DNA of 30,930 nucleotides, from NCBI GenBank assembly GCA_017469545.1, contig JAFUGE010000004.1, forward strand, positions 1-30,930, read 5' to 3'. Each line of letters starts with the position of its first letter. The first letter of the stretch is position 1. The DNA is from Clostridia bacterium (GTDB taxonomy: Bacteria > Bacillota > Clostridia > TANB77 > UBA1234). Made by a program: the position numbers and the translations under genes. The notes beneath the pieces were generated by a model. That model was not told the origin of the DNA and did no database searches. It worked only from the letters and a program-made list of their open reading frames with translations. Below, one piece after another: positions 8,599-17,205 of this stretch.

Positions 8599-9066
8599 AT
8601 GGGGAAAATTTATGAAAAACAAGAGTATGAATCAAAGAAAATTGCAAGTACTTTCTGGTGGGATACCGCCGGAATTTTATTTCTAATAGCCATAGCATTG
8701 GGCATTATATATGGCATTTTCATAGCGAATGCTTCTTATGCTACCGCTATCAAATTAGGAGTCTTTGTTTATGAACATGAAATGATATTAAATATTATTA
8801 GTATCATTCTTGTGGCCGCATTAGTAGTTGGGGCAGAATGTATTGCCATTAAAAAAATAAGAAAAAGAGCGATTGTTAAGAAAAGTCAGGTAAATGAAAT
8901 TGCAGCGAAAATGCTAATTAAATATATTATTTTAGGTGCAGTAGTTGTTATTGTTGATAGTTTGTCAAACGAGCTTTCTATTATGACCATTGTTTCATTT
9001 ATTATTGAAGCTGCTGTCGGAACATTATTTGGAAGATATCTAATCAGTAAAGAAGCAGAAGACTAA
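8599..9066 (+). CDS. Small integral membrane protein (155 aa, about 4 TM segments), function unknown
   Basis: ATG 8599 is preceded by AAGGGGGA. Four hydrophobic stretches. Divergent from the XRE gene. The ORF-track start 8497 lies within the promoter. Confidence 0.7.
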   Translation: MGKIYEKQEYESKKIASTFWWDTAGILFLIAIALGIIYGIFIANASYATAIKLGVFVYEHEMILNIISIILVAALVVGAECIAIKKIRKRAIVKKSQVNEIAAKMLIKYIILGAVVVIVDSLSNELSIMTIVSFIIEAAVGTLFGRYLISKEAED

Positions 9067-9132
9067 TTTATCGTTGCACATACCAAAAACTCTACCATAT
9101 GCTCTATAAGAAAGTCTAAATTTCCTATGATA

Positions 9133-9196
9133 TGAACTTGGGGACGTCCATTGAAAATTCAATTTTCTGAACTTTCAATGGACGTCCCCAAGTTCG
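9133..9196 (+). repeat. 64-bp palindromic element, copy B
   Basis: Base-for-base identical to 8149..8212, same loop orientation. Confidence 0.95.
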
Positions 9197-9230
9197 TAGC
9201 AACACCTATTTTTCATACTTTCCAAAAATA

Positions 9231-9560
9231 CTAGTTGTTCTCTAGCACCTTTTCCAAAAATATTTTCTTTTCAAAAGCTCCTCTTTTTTCATTTTTCTTG
9301 TCTGCTATTTCAATTACATCTTGTAATGTCTTGCCTTCCAACTTAGCTAAAGCACGTATAATTTCAAGCATATCTGCTAGTTCTTCCACTCTATCTTCGC
9401 CAGTTGCTGCTAAAACTTCTTGATATTCTTCATTTAATTTCTTTTCTAATTCAATTTTGTATGTATCGTCGTCTAAAATCCTCGTCACCGGTATTTCGCC
9501 TTTTTCTTCAATAATATTAGGGATATTATCTCTTACTAATTTGTTATAAATTCTTTCCAT
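9231..9560 (-). CDS. MazG-like / PRA-PH-like all-alpha nucleoside triphosphate pyrophosphohydrolase
   Basis: YNKLVRDNIP ... EEYQEV ... EELADMLEIIRALA ... KRGAFEKKIFLE matches the small house-cleaning NTP-PPase family. AGGAGGG SD. Confidence 0.8.
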   Translation of the reverse strand: MERIYNKLVRDNIPNIIEEKGEIPVTRILDDDTYKIELEKKLNEEYQEVLAATGEDRVEELADMLEIIRALAKLEGKTLQDVIEIADKKNEKRGAFEKKIFLEKVLENN

Positions 9561-9625
9561 AAATTAGCCCTCCTTTTTATACAACTGTATTATATCATAT
9601 TAATTGATATTTGCAAAACATTAAA

Positions 9626-9651
9626 CGGGCAGCGTGATACGCTGCCCCTAC
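9626..9651 (-). repeat. REP-like GTAG-head hairpin, copy 1
   Basis: Plus strand CGGGCAGCGTGATACGCTGCCCCTAC, 5 nt after the cotJC stop. Confidence 0.9.
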
Positions 9652-9656
9652 ATTTT

Positions 9657-10263
9657 TTATTGCATATTGTTGTTCATATTCACATTATTCATATAAAACG
9701 TTCTTTGTGCTAACTTATCTTGCACAGTTCTTAGTGCTTCTCCAAATCTTTGGAAGTGTACGATTTCTCTTTGTCTTAAGAAACGTAGTACATCGATTAC
9801 GTCTGGATCGTCAGCTAAGTCAATTAAATATTCATACGTGCTTCTTGCCTTTTGCTCTGCTGCTAAGTCTTCCGTTAAGTCTGTGATTGGGTCGCCCTTT
9901 ACTTGAAGATATGCTGCTGTAAATGGAACACCTGCCGCACTTTGCGGATATACAGATACACCATGATCTGTATAATATTCTCCTAAACCTTCACGTTTTA
10001 AAACTTCTGGTGATACACCTTTCGTTAATTGATGTACTAAGGCACCTACCATTTCCAAATGTCCGGAGTTCCTCGGTACCTATATCGTTTAGTGTTGCCT
10101 TCGTTGTTTCCGTCGGCATACTAAATCTTTGGCTTAAATATCGAAGTGAAGCTGCCAGCTCGCCATCTGGCCCACCATACTGGCTGATAATTACTTTCGC
10201 CATCCTAGGGTCTGGATTTTTAATATTTACAGGGTATTGCAACTTTTTATCATAATTCCACAT
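9657..10263 (-). pseudogene. cotJC: Spore coat protein CotJC (manganese-catalase-like), interrupted by a 1-nt frameshift
   Basis: ORF 9991..10263 (MWNYDKKLQYPVNIKNPDPRMAKVIISQYGGPDGELAASLRYL...DIGTEEL) and ORF 9657..10058 (EMVGALVHQLTKG...AAGVPFTAAYLQVKGDP...LRFLRQREIVH) together make a full CotJC. Removing one C from CTCCGG (plus 10063..10068) restores ...TEELGHLEMVGA.... Confidence 0.85.
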
Positions 10264-10266
10264 ATT

Positions 10267-10524
10267 CTACACCATCCTTTCCCACGGCCACGGATTTTCT
10301 ATCCATTTCCATTCACACTCACCAGCCGCATTATTTATTGTTAATGGACCATACATTTTCTCATACTTCTCTTTTTTCTCCTCTACTTCTTCTGTAAGTT
10401 CTTGATACATATCCAAAACATCCTCGTCAAATGGATGTGTATCCAAATACAAAGCTAAATCATATAGCTTAAAATCTAATGCCATTATTTCTTTCAATAG
10501 ACTTTTTCTATCTTCCATCATCAT
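10267..10524 (-). CDS. cotJB: Spore coat protein CotJB
   Basis: LLKEIMALDFKLYDLALYLDTHP ... WPWE signature. ATG 10524 lies 9 nt after GAGGAGG. The ORF-track start 10542 is a GTG further upstream. Confidence 0.85.
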   Translation of the reverse strand: MMMEDRKSLLKEIMALDFKLYDLALYLDTHPFDEDVLDMYQELTEEVEEKKEKYEKMYGPLTINNAAGECEWKWIENPWPWERMV

Positions 10525-10798
10525 CGTCACATACCTCCTCACAAGTCTCTGTTCCCTCTAAATATCTTATGATACATTGCGATTGACCAGCCATATATGG
10601 GCTTACTAATTCAGGGAAAGCAGTTCCATTTTCTAGCGCCTCCATTGGGCAAAAGGTGTCTTTCTCTGCATCAACATATTGATAAGGAACATAACTATTT
10701 GCAAGCTGTGGGTCTTTAGGCATCACTGGTAATTCTCTGCAATTCCTACAATTGTTACACATACAATTGTGGCGATTGCGCTTATTTCTTGTGTACAT
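10508..10798 (-). CDS. cotJA: Spore coat-associated protein CotJA
   Basis: SYVPYQYVD...CPMEALENGTAFPELVSPY motif. ATG 10798 is preceded by GAGGAGG. It overlaps the cotJB start. Confidence 0.8.
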   Translation of the reverse strand: MYTRNKRNRHNCMCNNCRNCRELPVMPKDPQLANSYVPYQYVDAEKDTFCPMEALENGTAFPELVSPYMAGQSQCIIRYLEGTETCEEVCDDDDGR

Positions 10799-10887
10799 AA
10801 ATACCTCCTCAAAGTTAAAAAAGTAAGCAAATACCATTTGCTTTCTAATATAGGATATGAGACTTATCCAAAGGAGGTGATAAGAAA

Positions 10888-11030
10888 TTGAAACACGCAA
10901 GGGCATCCGCCTGAAACACGCAGGGACACCCCTTAATGTTTCACGTATTCAACATAAACCAATTATTGGCGATTTATGTCACGTGCGTGAAACATTAAGG
11001 GGTGTCCCTAAGTGTTCCAAGGGGGTGTCC
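10888..11030. repeat. Composite palindromic element between the trpS stop and the cotJ promoter region
   Basis: Perfect 24-bp arms AGGGACACCCCTTAATGTTTCACG (10922..10945) and CGTGAAACATTAAGGGGTGTCCCT (10986..11009) around a 40-bp partly palindromic spacer. TGAAACACGCA is directly repeated (10889, 10911). A third GGGGGTGTCC box lies at 11021..11030. Confidence 0.85.
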
Positions 11031-11039
11031 TACCGTTTT

Positions 11040-12020
11040 TTATCTTCCTAGTCCCATTTTCTTTCTCATATCTTCAAATTTGGCTTTGGCAATTGGTCTG
11101 GTGTAGTCCCTGCCGGCGTCTAGAATTTTATCTACCTCGTTGCTGTTTTGCAAAGCGTTATATCTTTCTTGCACGCCGCTTACAAATTCTATTACTACGT
11201 CTGCTACTTGCTTTTTGAATGTTCCATAGTTGCAACCTTCAAATTCTTTCTCTGCTTCTTCTATCGTTTTGCCTGTTAAGGATATGTATATGTTGATTAA
11301 GTTTGAGATTCCTGGCTTGTTTTCTGGATCATATTTTACTAGCATTTCTGAGTCTGTTGCTGCCGACATAATTTTCTTTCTAATGACATCCAAGTCGTCT
11401 AACAGCATAATGACGCCTTTTTTATTCTCCGCCGATTTGCTCATTTTCTTCGTTGGGTCTTGCAAGTCTGTGATTTTTGTTCCCTCTTTAGCAATTAAAG
11501 GCTGTGGCATTTTAAATGTTTCTCCATACTTTTTGTTGAATCTTTCTGCGATGTCTCTCGCAAGTTCCACGTGCTGCTTCTGGTCGATTCCTACAGGCAC
11601 ATAATCCACATCATAGGCAAGTATATCAGCTGCCATCAAAACAGGGTATGTAAGCAATCCTGACGTGAAATTCTGGCTCTTTTTACTCTTGTCTTTGAAC
11701 TGTGTCATTCTACTTAATTCACCGTAGTATGTGCTGCATTCTAAAAGCCACGATATATTGGCGTGAAATTCATTTTCTGATTGTATAAATATTTTGTTTT
11801 TGTTTGGGTCTATGCCGCAAGCTAAATAGATATTGACTAAACTTCTGATTCGCTCTTTTAATTCTTTAGGGTCTTGTGGCACTGTGATAGAGTGCATATC
11901 TGCAATAAAGATGTATGAATCGTATTTATCTTGATATTCCACTACTTGCCTAATAGAACCTATATAATTTCCAAGTGTAATACTCCCTGTTGGTTGTAAA
12001 CCTGTTAAAATTTTTTCCAT
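11040..12020 (-). CDS. trpS: Tryptophan--tRNA ligase
   Basis: Class I aaRS with GLQPTGSITLGNYIG (HIGH-type region) and KMSKS. 326 aa. AGGAG SD. Confidence 0.95.
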   Translation of the reverse strand: MEKILTGLQPTGSITLGNYIGSIRQVVEYQDKYDSYIFIADMHSITVPQDPKELKERIRSLVNIYLACGIDPNKNKIFIQSENEFHANISWLLECSTYYGELSRMTQFKDKSKKSQNFTSGLLTYPVLMAADILAYDVDYVPVGIDQKQHVELARDIAERFNKKYGETFKMPQPLIAKEGTKITDLQDPTKKMSKSAENKKGVIMLLDDLDVIRKKIMSAATDSEMLVKYDPENKPGISNLINIYISLTGKTIEEAEKEFEGCNYGTFKKQVADVVIEFVSGVQERYNALQNSNEVDKILDAGRDYTRPIAKAKFEDMRKKMGLGR

Positions 12021-12040
12021 TTTATAAAATCTCCTTTAAT

Positions 12041-12068
12041 GCGGGCAGCTTTATTTAGCTGCCCCTAC
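12041..12068 (-). repeat. REP-like hairpin, copy 2 (loop variant), in the trpS 5' UTR
   Basis: Plus strand GCGGGCAGCTTTATTTAGCTGCCCCTAC. It ends 5 nt from the trpS SD. Confidence 0.85.
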
Positions 12069-12082
12069 AATTTATATATCAT

Positions 12083-12110
12083 ATTTTACCAAAAATACGC
12101 ATTTTGTCAA
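12083..12110 (-). promoter_or_regulatory. trpS sigma-A promoter
   Basis: Minus sense TTGACA (12110..12105)-16 nt-TAAAAT (12088..12083), preceded by TGG (extended -10-like). Confidence 0.65.
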
Positions 12111-12143
12111 GATATACGCCTTGATATGCCGAGATTTGCAGGG

Positions 12144-12164
12144 GGGTGGCGTAGCATGCCACCC
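12144..12164. repeat. Diverged REP-like hairpin without a GTAG head
   Basis: GGGTGGC-GTAGCAT-GCCACCC, same stem frame GGGNNGC as the family. Confidence 0.5.
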
Positions 12165-12172
12165 GAATTTTC

Positions 12173-12199
12173 GCGGGCAGCGTATTACGCTGCCCCTAC
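12173..12199 (-). repeat. REP-like hairpin, copy 3
   Basis: Plus strand GCGGGCAGCGTATTACGCTGCCCCTAC. Confidence 0.9.
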
Positions 12200-12220
12200 A
12201 GTTCGAGAATTTCAATAATA

Positions 12221-12245
12221 ACAAAAGACGCGGCTTTGCCGCGTC
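12221..12245 (-). terminator. Intrinsic terminator ending the ribosomal-protein/secY operon
   Basis: Minus sense GACGCGGC-AAA-GCCGCGTC followed by TTTTGTTATT, 8 nt after the secY stop. Confidence 0.85.
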
Positions 12246-12252
12246 TATGTTA

Positions 12253-13575
12253 TTATTCTAAGAATCCCTTATAATGTCTTACCAACATTTGTGATTCTAA
12301 TTGTCTGATTGTCTCTAATGCAACACCTACGATAATTAGGATTGCTGTTCCTCCAAATGAAATTTGAAGACCAGCTACTCTTGCAACTATTGGTAGTATT
12401 GCAATAACACCTAGGAAGAATGAACCAAACCAAGTGATGTACTTAAGAATTCCGCTTAAGTAATCTGACGTTGGTTTTCCGGCTCTAATTCCTGGAACGA
12501 ATCCGCCATTTTTCTTTAAGTTGTTAGCAACTTCCACTGGATTAAATACCATCATTGTGTAGAAGAATGTAAATCCTACAATCAATAATAGATATATTAA
12601 ACTGTGAACAAGTCCATATGGCCAGAATGCGACATCTGTTAAAGATGTGTATGCAAATATCTTATATGCTCCAGCCCAAAATCCTGTTGCTGTTGCAATG
12701 TTAGGATTGATTAATTGAATAATCATAGCTGGGAATTGCATAAATGACATTGCAAAGATAACTGGCATAACGCCTGCCATAGCTAGTTTGATTGGAATGT
12801 GTGTGTTTTGTCCACCATACATTTTTCTTCCAACTACTCTCTTTGCATATTGTACAGGAACTCTTCTTTCAGCTTCTGTAACCCATACAACACCTGCAAT
12901 CAATATGATTGCACCAATGATAATGGCAATTGCCGTGATTAATCCGCTGACACTTAAAGCGCCATCAACTACAGCTAGGCCATACAAGTATTGTGCTGTT
13001 TGTGGTAAACCAGATACGATACCTGCGAAGATAAGTAATGAAATACCATTGCCTACGCCTTTGTTTGTAATCTGGTCACCAATCCACATTAAGAATGTAG
13101 ATCCTGCTGTTAGTGTCATTACGAATAATAGTGGCACTAAAACACCTTCTCCGATAAATACGCCTTGTCCTCTATAAGTAAGGTATAATCCGAAGGCTTC
13201 CACTGCAGCTAGTATCACAGCTGCATATTTTGTATATCTTGAAATTGCTCTTCTTCCTTCTTCGCCCTCTTTAGAAAGTTCTTCTAAAGCTGGAATTGCG
13301 TATGTCAACAATTGAATGACAATCGAAGCCGTAATGTAAGGGCTTATCGACATCGCAAATATAGATAGTCTAGAAAAAGCACCACCAGTTATAAAGTTAA
13401 TTGTTTGTAGTAATGAACTACTACTTGCTTGCACTGCATCGTTTAATGCTACTGCATCAACGCCTGGTGCTGTGATAATCGCACCAAATCTAAATATTAC
13501 TAGAAGTAATAATGTAAATAATAACTTTTTCCTTAATTCAGGAACTTTCCAAGCATTAATGAGTGTTTTGAACAC
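12253..13575 (-). CDS. secY: Preprotein translocase subunit SecY
   Basis: 440-aa 10-TM protein, MFKTLINAWKVPELRKKLLFTL.... GTG start immediately after the rplO TAG, with GAGGTGA SD. Confidence 0.96.
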   Translation of the reverse strand: MFKTLINAWKVPELRKKLLFTLLLLVIFRFGAIITAPGVDAVALNDAVQASSSSLLQTINFITGGAFSRLSIFAMSISPYITASIVIQLLTYAIPALEELSKEGEEGRRAISRYTKYAAVILAAVEAFGLYLTYRGQGVFIGEGVLVPLLFVMTLTAGSTFLMWIGDQITNKGVGNGISLLIFAGIVSGLPQTAQYLYGLAVVDGALSVSGLITAIAIIIGAIILIAGVVWVTEAERRVPVQYAKRVVGRKMYGGQNTHIPIKLAMAGVMPVIFAMSFMQFPAMIIQLINPNIATATGFWAGAYKIFAYTSLTDVAFWPYGLVHSLIYLLLIVGFTFFYTMMVFNPVEVANNLKKNGGFVPGIRAGKPTSDYLSGILKYITWFGSFFLGVIAILPIVARVAGLQISFGGTAILIIVGVALETIRQLESQMLVRHYKGFLE

Positions 13576-14016
13576 CTAGATCACCTCTACCTTTCCGCCA
13601 GCAGCAACGATTCTAGCCTCTGCTGTCTTAGTGATTCTGCTTGCTTTTACTGTTAATTTTTTCGTTAATTCGCCGTTTCCTAGAACTACGATTCCGTCTC
13701 TAACTTTCTTGATAACGCCTAACTCTTTTAGGCTTTCTGCTGTTACTTCTGTTCCATTCTCAAGTTGTTCTAGCATTTCTAAAGTTACTTCTGTATACTC
13801 TTTAGAATTTATATTTTTAAATCCTCTCTTTGGAAGTCTTCTGAATAAAGGCATTTGACCACCTTCAAAACCAGGTCTTACGCCGCCGCCTGATCTTGCG
13901 TTTTGTCCCTTATGTCCTTTACCAGCTGTCTTTCCAAGTCCAGATCCAACTCCTCTACCAATTCTTCTACCAGTTGTTTTTGATCCTGGTGCTGGTTTCA
14001 ATTCGTCAAGTTTCAT
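13576..14016 (-). CDS. rplO: 50S ribosomal protein L15
   Basis: [38 protein letters not shown]. Confidence 0.97.
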   Translation of the reverse strand: MKLDELKPAPGSKTTGRRIGRGVGSGLGKTAGKGHKGQNARSGGGVRPGFEGGQMPLFRRLPKRGFKNINSKEYTEVTLEMLEQLENGTEVTAESLKELGVIKKVRDGIVVLGNGELTKKLTVKASRITKTAEARIVAAGGKVEVI

Positions 14017-14061
14017 TTCTATTGCACCTCCCTTTGTTTAATTAAAAAACTGTATCTGTAT

Positions 14062-14087
14062 CGGGTCGCGTGATACGCGACCCCTAC
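14062..14087 (-). repeat. REP-like hairpin, copy 4 (compensated stem variant), in the rpsE-rplO gap
   Basis: Plus strand CGGGTCGCGTGATACGCGACCCCTAC. Confidence 0.85.
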
Positions 14088-14113
14088 ATGGCGATTAAAA
14101 TCACCATGACGGT

Positions 14114-14602
14114 TTAAAGTTCTGCTACTTTTTTTCCTCTAAGCATAGCAACTTCCTCAGCTGTCTTTAATTCTCCTAATGCCTTTAATGTAGCATAAAC
14201 TGCATTTCTAGCATTATTAGAACCTAAGTTTTTCGTTCTAATATTTTTATATCCTGCAAGCTCTAGAACTGATCTTGCGCCACCACCAGCGATTAATCCA
14301 GTACCTTCTACAGCTGGTTTTAAAAGTACTTTACCTGCGCCAAAATGACCTATAATTTCGTGAGGAATTGTTGTATCAACGATTGGAACTTCAATTAAGT
14401 TCTTCTTTGCGTCGTCAATCGCTTTTTTGATTGCGTCTGGAACTTCGGCTGATTTTCCATTGCCTACGCCAACGTGACCTTCGCCATCGCCAACAACAAC
14501 TAGTGCGCTAAAACGAAAAGTTCTACCACCTTTAACAACTTTAGCAACTCTGTTAATCGCAACAACTTTCTCTTTAAGGTCTAATGTCTCTGCATCTATC
14601 AT
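14114..14602 (-). CDS. rpsE: 30S ribosomal protein S5
   Basis: [30 protein letters not shown]. Confidence 0.97.
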   Translation of the reverse strand: MIDAETLDLKEKVVAINRVAKVVKGGRTFRFSALVVVGDGEGHVGVGNGKSAEVPDAIKKAIDDAKKNLIEVPIVDTTIPHEIIGHFGAGKVLLKPAVEGTGLIAGGGARSVLELAGYKNIRTKNLGSNNARNAVYATLKALGELKTAEEVAMLRGKKVAEL

Positions 14603-14625
14603 CTTTTTTCTCCTTTCTTCTTAAT

Positions 14626-14985
14626 TTAGAATTGAAGTCCTGCTTCTCTAGCAGCTTCCGCTAATGCTTTTACTTTACCATGATATATATATCCGCCTCT
14701 ATCGAAAACAACATTTTCAATACCAGCTTTTTTAGCTCTTTTTGCAACTAGCTCGCCAACTTCTTTCGCAGCTTCGATATTGCTAGCCTTTGTCTTTACT
14801 TCTTTATCAAGTGTAGAAGCAGAAACTAAAGTCTTACCAACTGTATCGTCAATGATTTGAGCATAAATGCCTTTGTTACTTCTAAACACACAAAGTCTTG
14901 GACACTCTGTTGTTCCGCTAATTTTTCTTCTTACTCTTACGTGTCTTCTTACTCTTAAGTCATTTCTAACTTCCTTTTTAATCAC
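14626..14985 (-). CDS. rplR: 50S ribosomal protein L18
   Basis: [18 protein letters not shown] ... [29 protein letters not shown] start. Confidence 0.97.
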   Translation of the reverse strand: MIKKEVRNDLRVRRHVRVRRKISGTTECPRLCVFRSNKGIYAQIIDDTVGKTLVSASTLDKEVKTKASNIEAAKEVGELVAKRAKKAGIENVVFDRGGYIYHGKVKALAEAAREAGLQF

Positions 14986-15070
14986 GGTTTTACTCCTTTC
15001 CGATTGAAAATTCTAACTCTCAATCCTTGTTTTTCGTAGAATACCATCATAATAATTAGTGTACTAACTA

Positions 15071-15607
15071 TTATTTCTTACCTACTTTACCTTCTTTTCT
15101 AATAATTCTCTCACCTACATATTTGATACCTTTGCCCTTATATGGCTCTGGTGGTCTTACTTTTCTAATCTCAGCTGTTAATTGTCCAACTCTTTCTTTG
15201 TCGATACCGTTGACAACGATACTTGTTTGAGATGGAGCTTCGATTGTTAAACCATCTTCGTCTTCGAACTCAACTGTATGAGAGAATCCCATATTCATAA
15301 TCAATTTCTTACCTTGTTTTTGAACTCTATAACCAACGCCGTTTATTTCAAGTTCTTTCTTGAAACCTTCCGTAACGCCAATTACCATATTGTTAAGCAA
15401 AGTTCTTGATAAACCTTGTAAATTATCTTCTTCTGGATTATTTACTTTAATGTTTATCTCGCCTGCATTTTGCTCAATTGTAACATCTTTATGGAATTGT
15501 CTTGTTAAAGTACCCTTAGGGCCTTTTACTGTTACTAGATTTCCTTCGTCAACTTTCACTTCAACACCAGCAGGAACGGTTACAGGTTTGTTACCTATTC
15601 TAGACAT
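15071..15607 (-). CDS. rplF: 50S ribosomal protein L6
   Basis: [19 protein letters not shown] ... [11 protein letters not shown]. Confidence 0.97.
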   Translation of the reverse strand: MSRIGNKPVTVPAGVEVKVDEGNLVTVKGPKGTLTRQFHKDVTIEQNAGEINIKVNNPEEDNLQGLSRTLLNNMVIGVTEGFKKELEINGVGYRVQKQGKKLIMNMGFSHTVEFEDEDGLTIEAPSQTSIVVNGIDKERVGQLTAEIRKVRPPEPYKGKGIKYVGERIIRKEGKVGKK

Positions 15608-15647
15608 TTTATTTTCCCCTTTCTAAATTGTAAATTTAATCTCTAGA

Positions 15648-16043
15648 CTACCATACAAATGCTAAAACTTCTCCACCAATACCTTCTTGGCGAGCTTTTT
15701 TATCTGTCATGATTCCTTTTGATGTTGATATTAATGCAATACCCAAACCGCCTAATACCTTTGGCAATTCGTCTTTCGTTGCATAAACTCTCAATCCTGG
15801 TTTGCTTATTCTTTTTAGTCCTGAAATTACTTTTTGTTTATTAACGTATTTTAATGTAATTCTTAAAATACCTTGTGAATTATCTTCTATCTCTTCAAAT
15901 GCCTTTATGTATCCTTCCTCTAACAAAATCTCTGCGATAGATTTTTTCATTTTAGAAGCAGGAACATCAACAGTCTCGTGTCTTTGCGCATTTGCATTTC
16001 TAATTCTTGTTAGCATATCTGCTATTGGATCAGTAATGTTCAT
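15648..16043 (-). CDS. rpsH: 30S ribosomal protein S8
   Basis: [15 protein letters not shown]. Confidence 0.97.
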   Translation of the reverse strand: MNITDPIADMLTRIRNANAQRHETVDVPASKMKKSIAEILLEEGYIKAFEEIEDNSQGILRITLKYVNKQKVISGLKRISKPGLRVYATKDELPKVLGGLGIALISTSKGIMTDKKARQEGIGGEVLAFVW

Positions 16044-16086
16044 TTACGAAAACTCCTTTCTTTCTAGAATTTTTATCTCTAAATTA

Positions 16087-16272
16087 TTACCAACTAGCTT
16101 TCTTTACTCCAGGAATCTCGCCCTTGTGAGCTAACTCTCTAAAGCATATTCTGCAAATACCATACTTACGAATGTAAGCGTGTGGTCTTCCGCAAATTTT
16201 GCATCTATTATATTGTCTTGTGCTGAACTTTGGTTCTAATTTTTGTTTAGCAATCAATGATTTTTTTGCCAT
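16087..16272 (-). CDS. rpsN: 30S ribosomal protein S14, short zinc-binding (type Z) form
   Basis: 61 aa with CKICGRP...CRIC. Confidence 0.96.
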   Translation of the reverse strand: MAKKSLIAKQKLEPKFSTRQYNRCKICGRPHAYIRKYGICRICFRELAHKGEIPGVKKASW

Positions 16273-16284
16273 GATTCTCCTCCT

Positions 16285-16824
16285 TTACTTTGAAAATGGC
16301 ATACCAAGAAGTCTTAATAACTCCTTTGCCTCTTCGTCCGTTTGAGCAGTTGTAACGAATATAATATCCATACCTCTAATCTTGTCGATTTTATCGTACT
16401 CAATTTCTGGGAATATTAATTGTTCTTTCACACCCATCGTGTAGTTTCCTCTTCCATCGAAAGAGTTTGGAGATAATCCTTTGAAATCTCTAACTCTTGG
16501 AAGAGCTACATTGAATAACTTCGTGATAAAATCATACATCTTATCAGCTCTTAATGTAACTTTACATCCGATTTTCATTCCTTCTCTAATTTTAAAACCT
16601 GCAATAGATTTTTTAGCCGTTGTAGCAACTGCCTTTTGACCAGTGATAATCTCTAAATCTCTCATTGCACTCTCTAAAGCTTTTGCGTTATCTCTTACGT
16701 CGCTTACGCCCATATTGATAACAACTTTCTCAAGCTTTGGAACTTGCATCACTGATTTGTACTCGAACTTCTTCATAAGTTCTTGCACGATTTCGTTTTT
16801 ATATGTTTCTTGTAGCTTTGTCAT
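16285..16824 (-). CDS. rplE: 50S ribosomal protein L5
   Basis: Operon position, and sequence ...[21 protein letters not shown].... Confidence 0.97.
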   Translation of the reverse strand: MTKLQETYKNEIVQELMKKFEYKSVMQVPKLEKVVINMGVSDVRDNAKALESAMRDLEIITGQKAVATTAKKSIAGFKIREGMKIGCKVTLRADKMYDFITKLFNVALPRVRDFKGLSPNSFDGRGNYTMGVKEQLIFPEIEYDKIDKIRGMDIIFVTTAQTDEEAKELLRLLGMPFSK

Positions 16825-16843
16825 ACTAATGATTACCTCCTTT

Positions 16844-17164
16844 CTACTTTATTTCACTGCCACACTTACTGCAAACTCTAACCTTTGTGCCGTCTTTCTT
16901 TACTTCTGATTTTGTTCTAACGCCCTTTCCGCACTTAGAGCAAAATACATTTGCTTTAGAAGCGTTAATTGCAACTTCAGATTTTAAGATTCCACCTGGT
17001 TCTCCTGCAGCTCTTGGCTTTGTATGCTTAGATCTAACATTGACACCTTCAACTACTACTTTATTTTCTTTTGGTAATACTTCTAAAACCTTACCCTTTT
17101 TGCCTTTATCAGCGCCAGAGTTAATCATAACAGTATCACCCTTTTTAACGTGTAGGTTGTTCAT
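16844..17164 (-). CDS. rplX: 50S ribosomal protein L24, with a four-cysteine C-terminal region
   Basis: KOW region [23 protein letters not shown]-terminus [33 protein letters not shown]. Confidence 0.96.
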   Translation of the reverse strand: MNNLHVKKGDTVMINSGADKGKKGKVLEVLPKENKVVVEGVNVRSKHTKPRAAGEPGGILKSEVAINASKANVFCSKCGKGVRTKSEVKKDGTKVRVCSKCGSEIK

Positions 17165-17205
17165 TCTTTTTTACACCACCTTTAGTTTAATCTTATTCCT
17201 CTAAA

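Noticed and set aside
8149-9196. Integron-style gene cassette with the 64-bp palindromes as attC sites
   Set aside because: The ends (TTTGAAC / GTTCGNN) do not fit the RYYYAAC / GTTRRRY core sites. The arms are perfectly paired with no extrahelical bases, the cassette holds two divergent genes with their own promoters, and no intI is in the window.
10799-10900. Sporulation sigma (E/K)-type promoter upstream of cotJA; CATATCCTA resembles CATAnnnTA
   Set aside because: This is a short degenerate match in AT-rich sequence without a convincing -35 partner, so it cannot be supported from sequence alone.
12021-12252. T-box riboswitch upstream of trpS; GGGTGGC at 12144 superficially resembles the T-box core
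   Set aside because: GGGTGGC is part of a simple 7-bp hairpin located upstream of the predicted promoter. The transcribed leader is only about 55 nt, and there is no specifier loop, AGAGA box or terminator/antiterminator pair.
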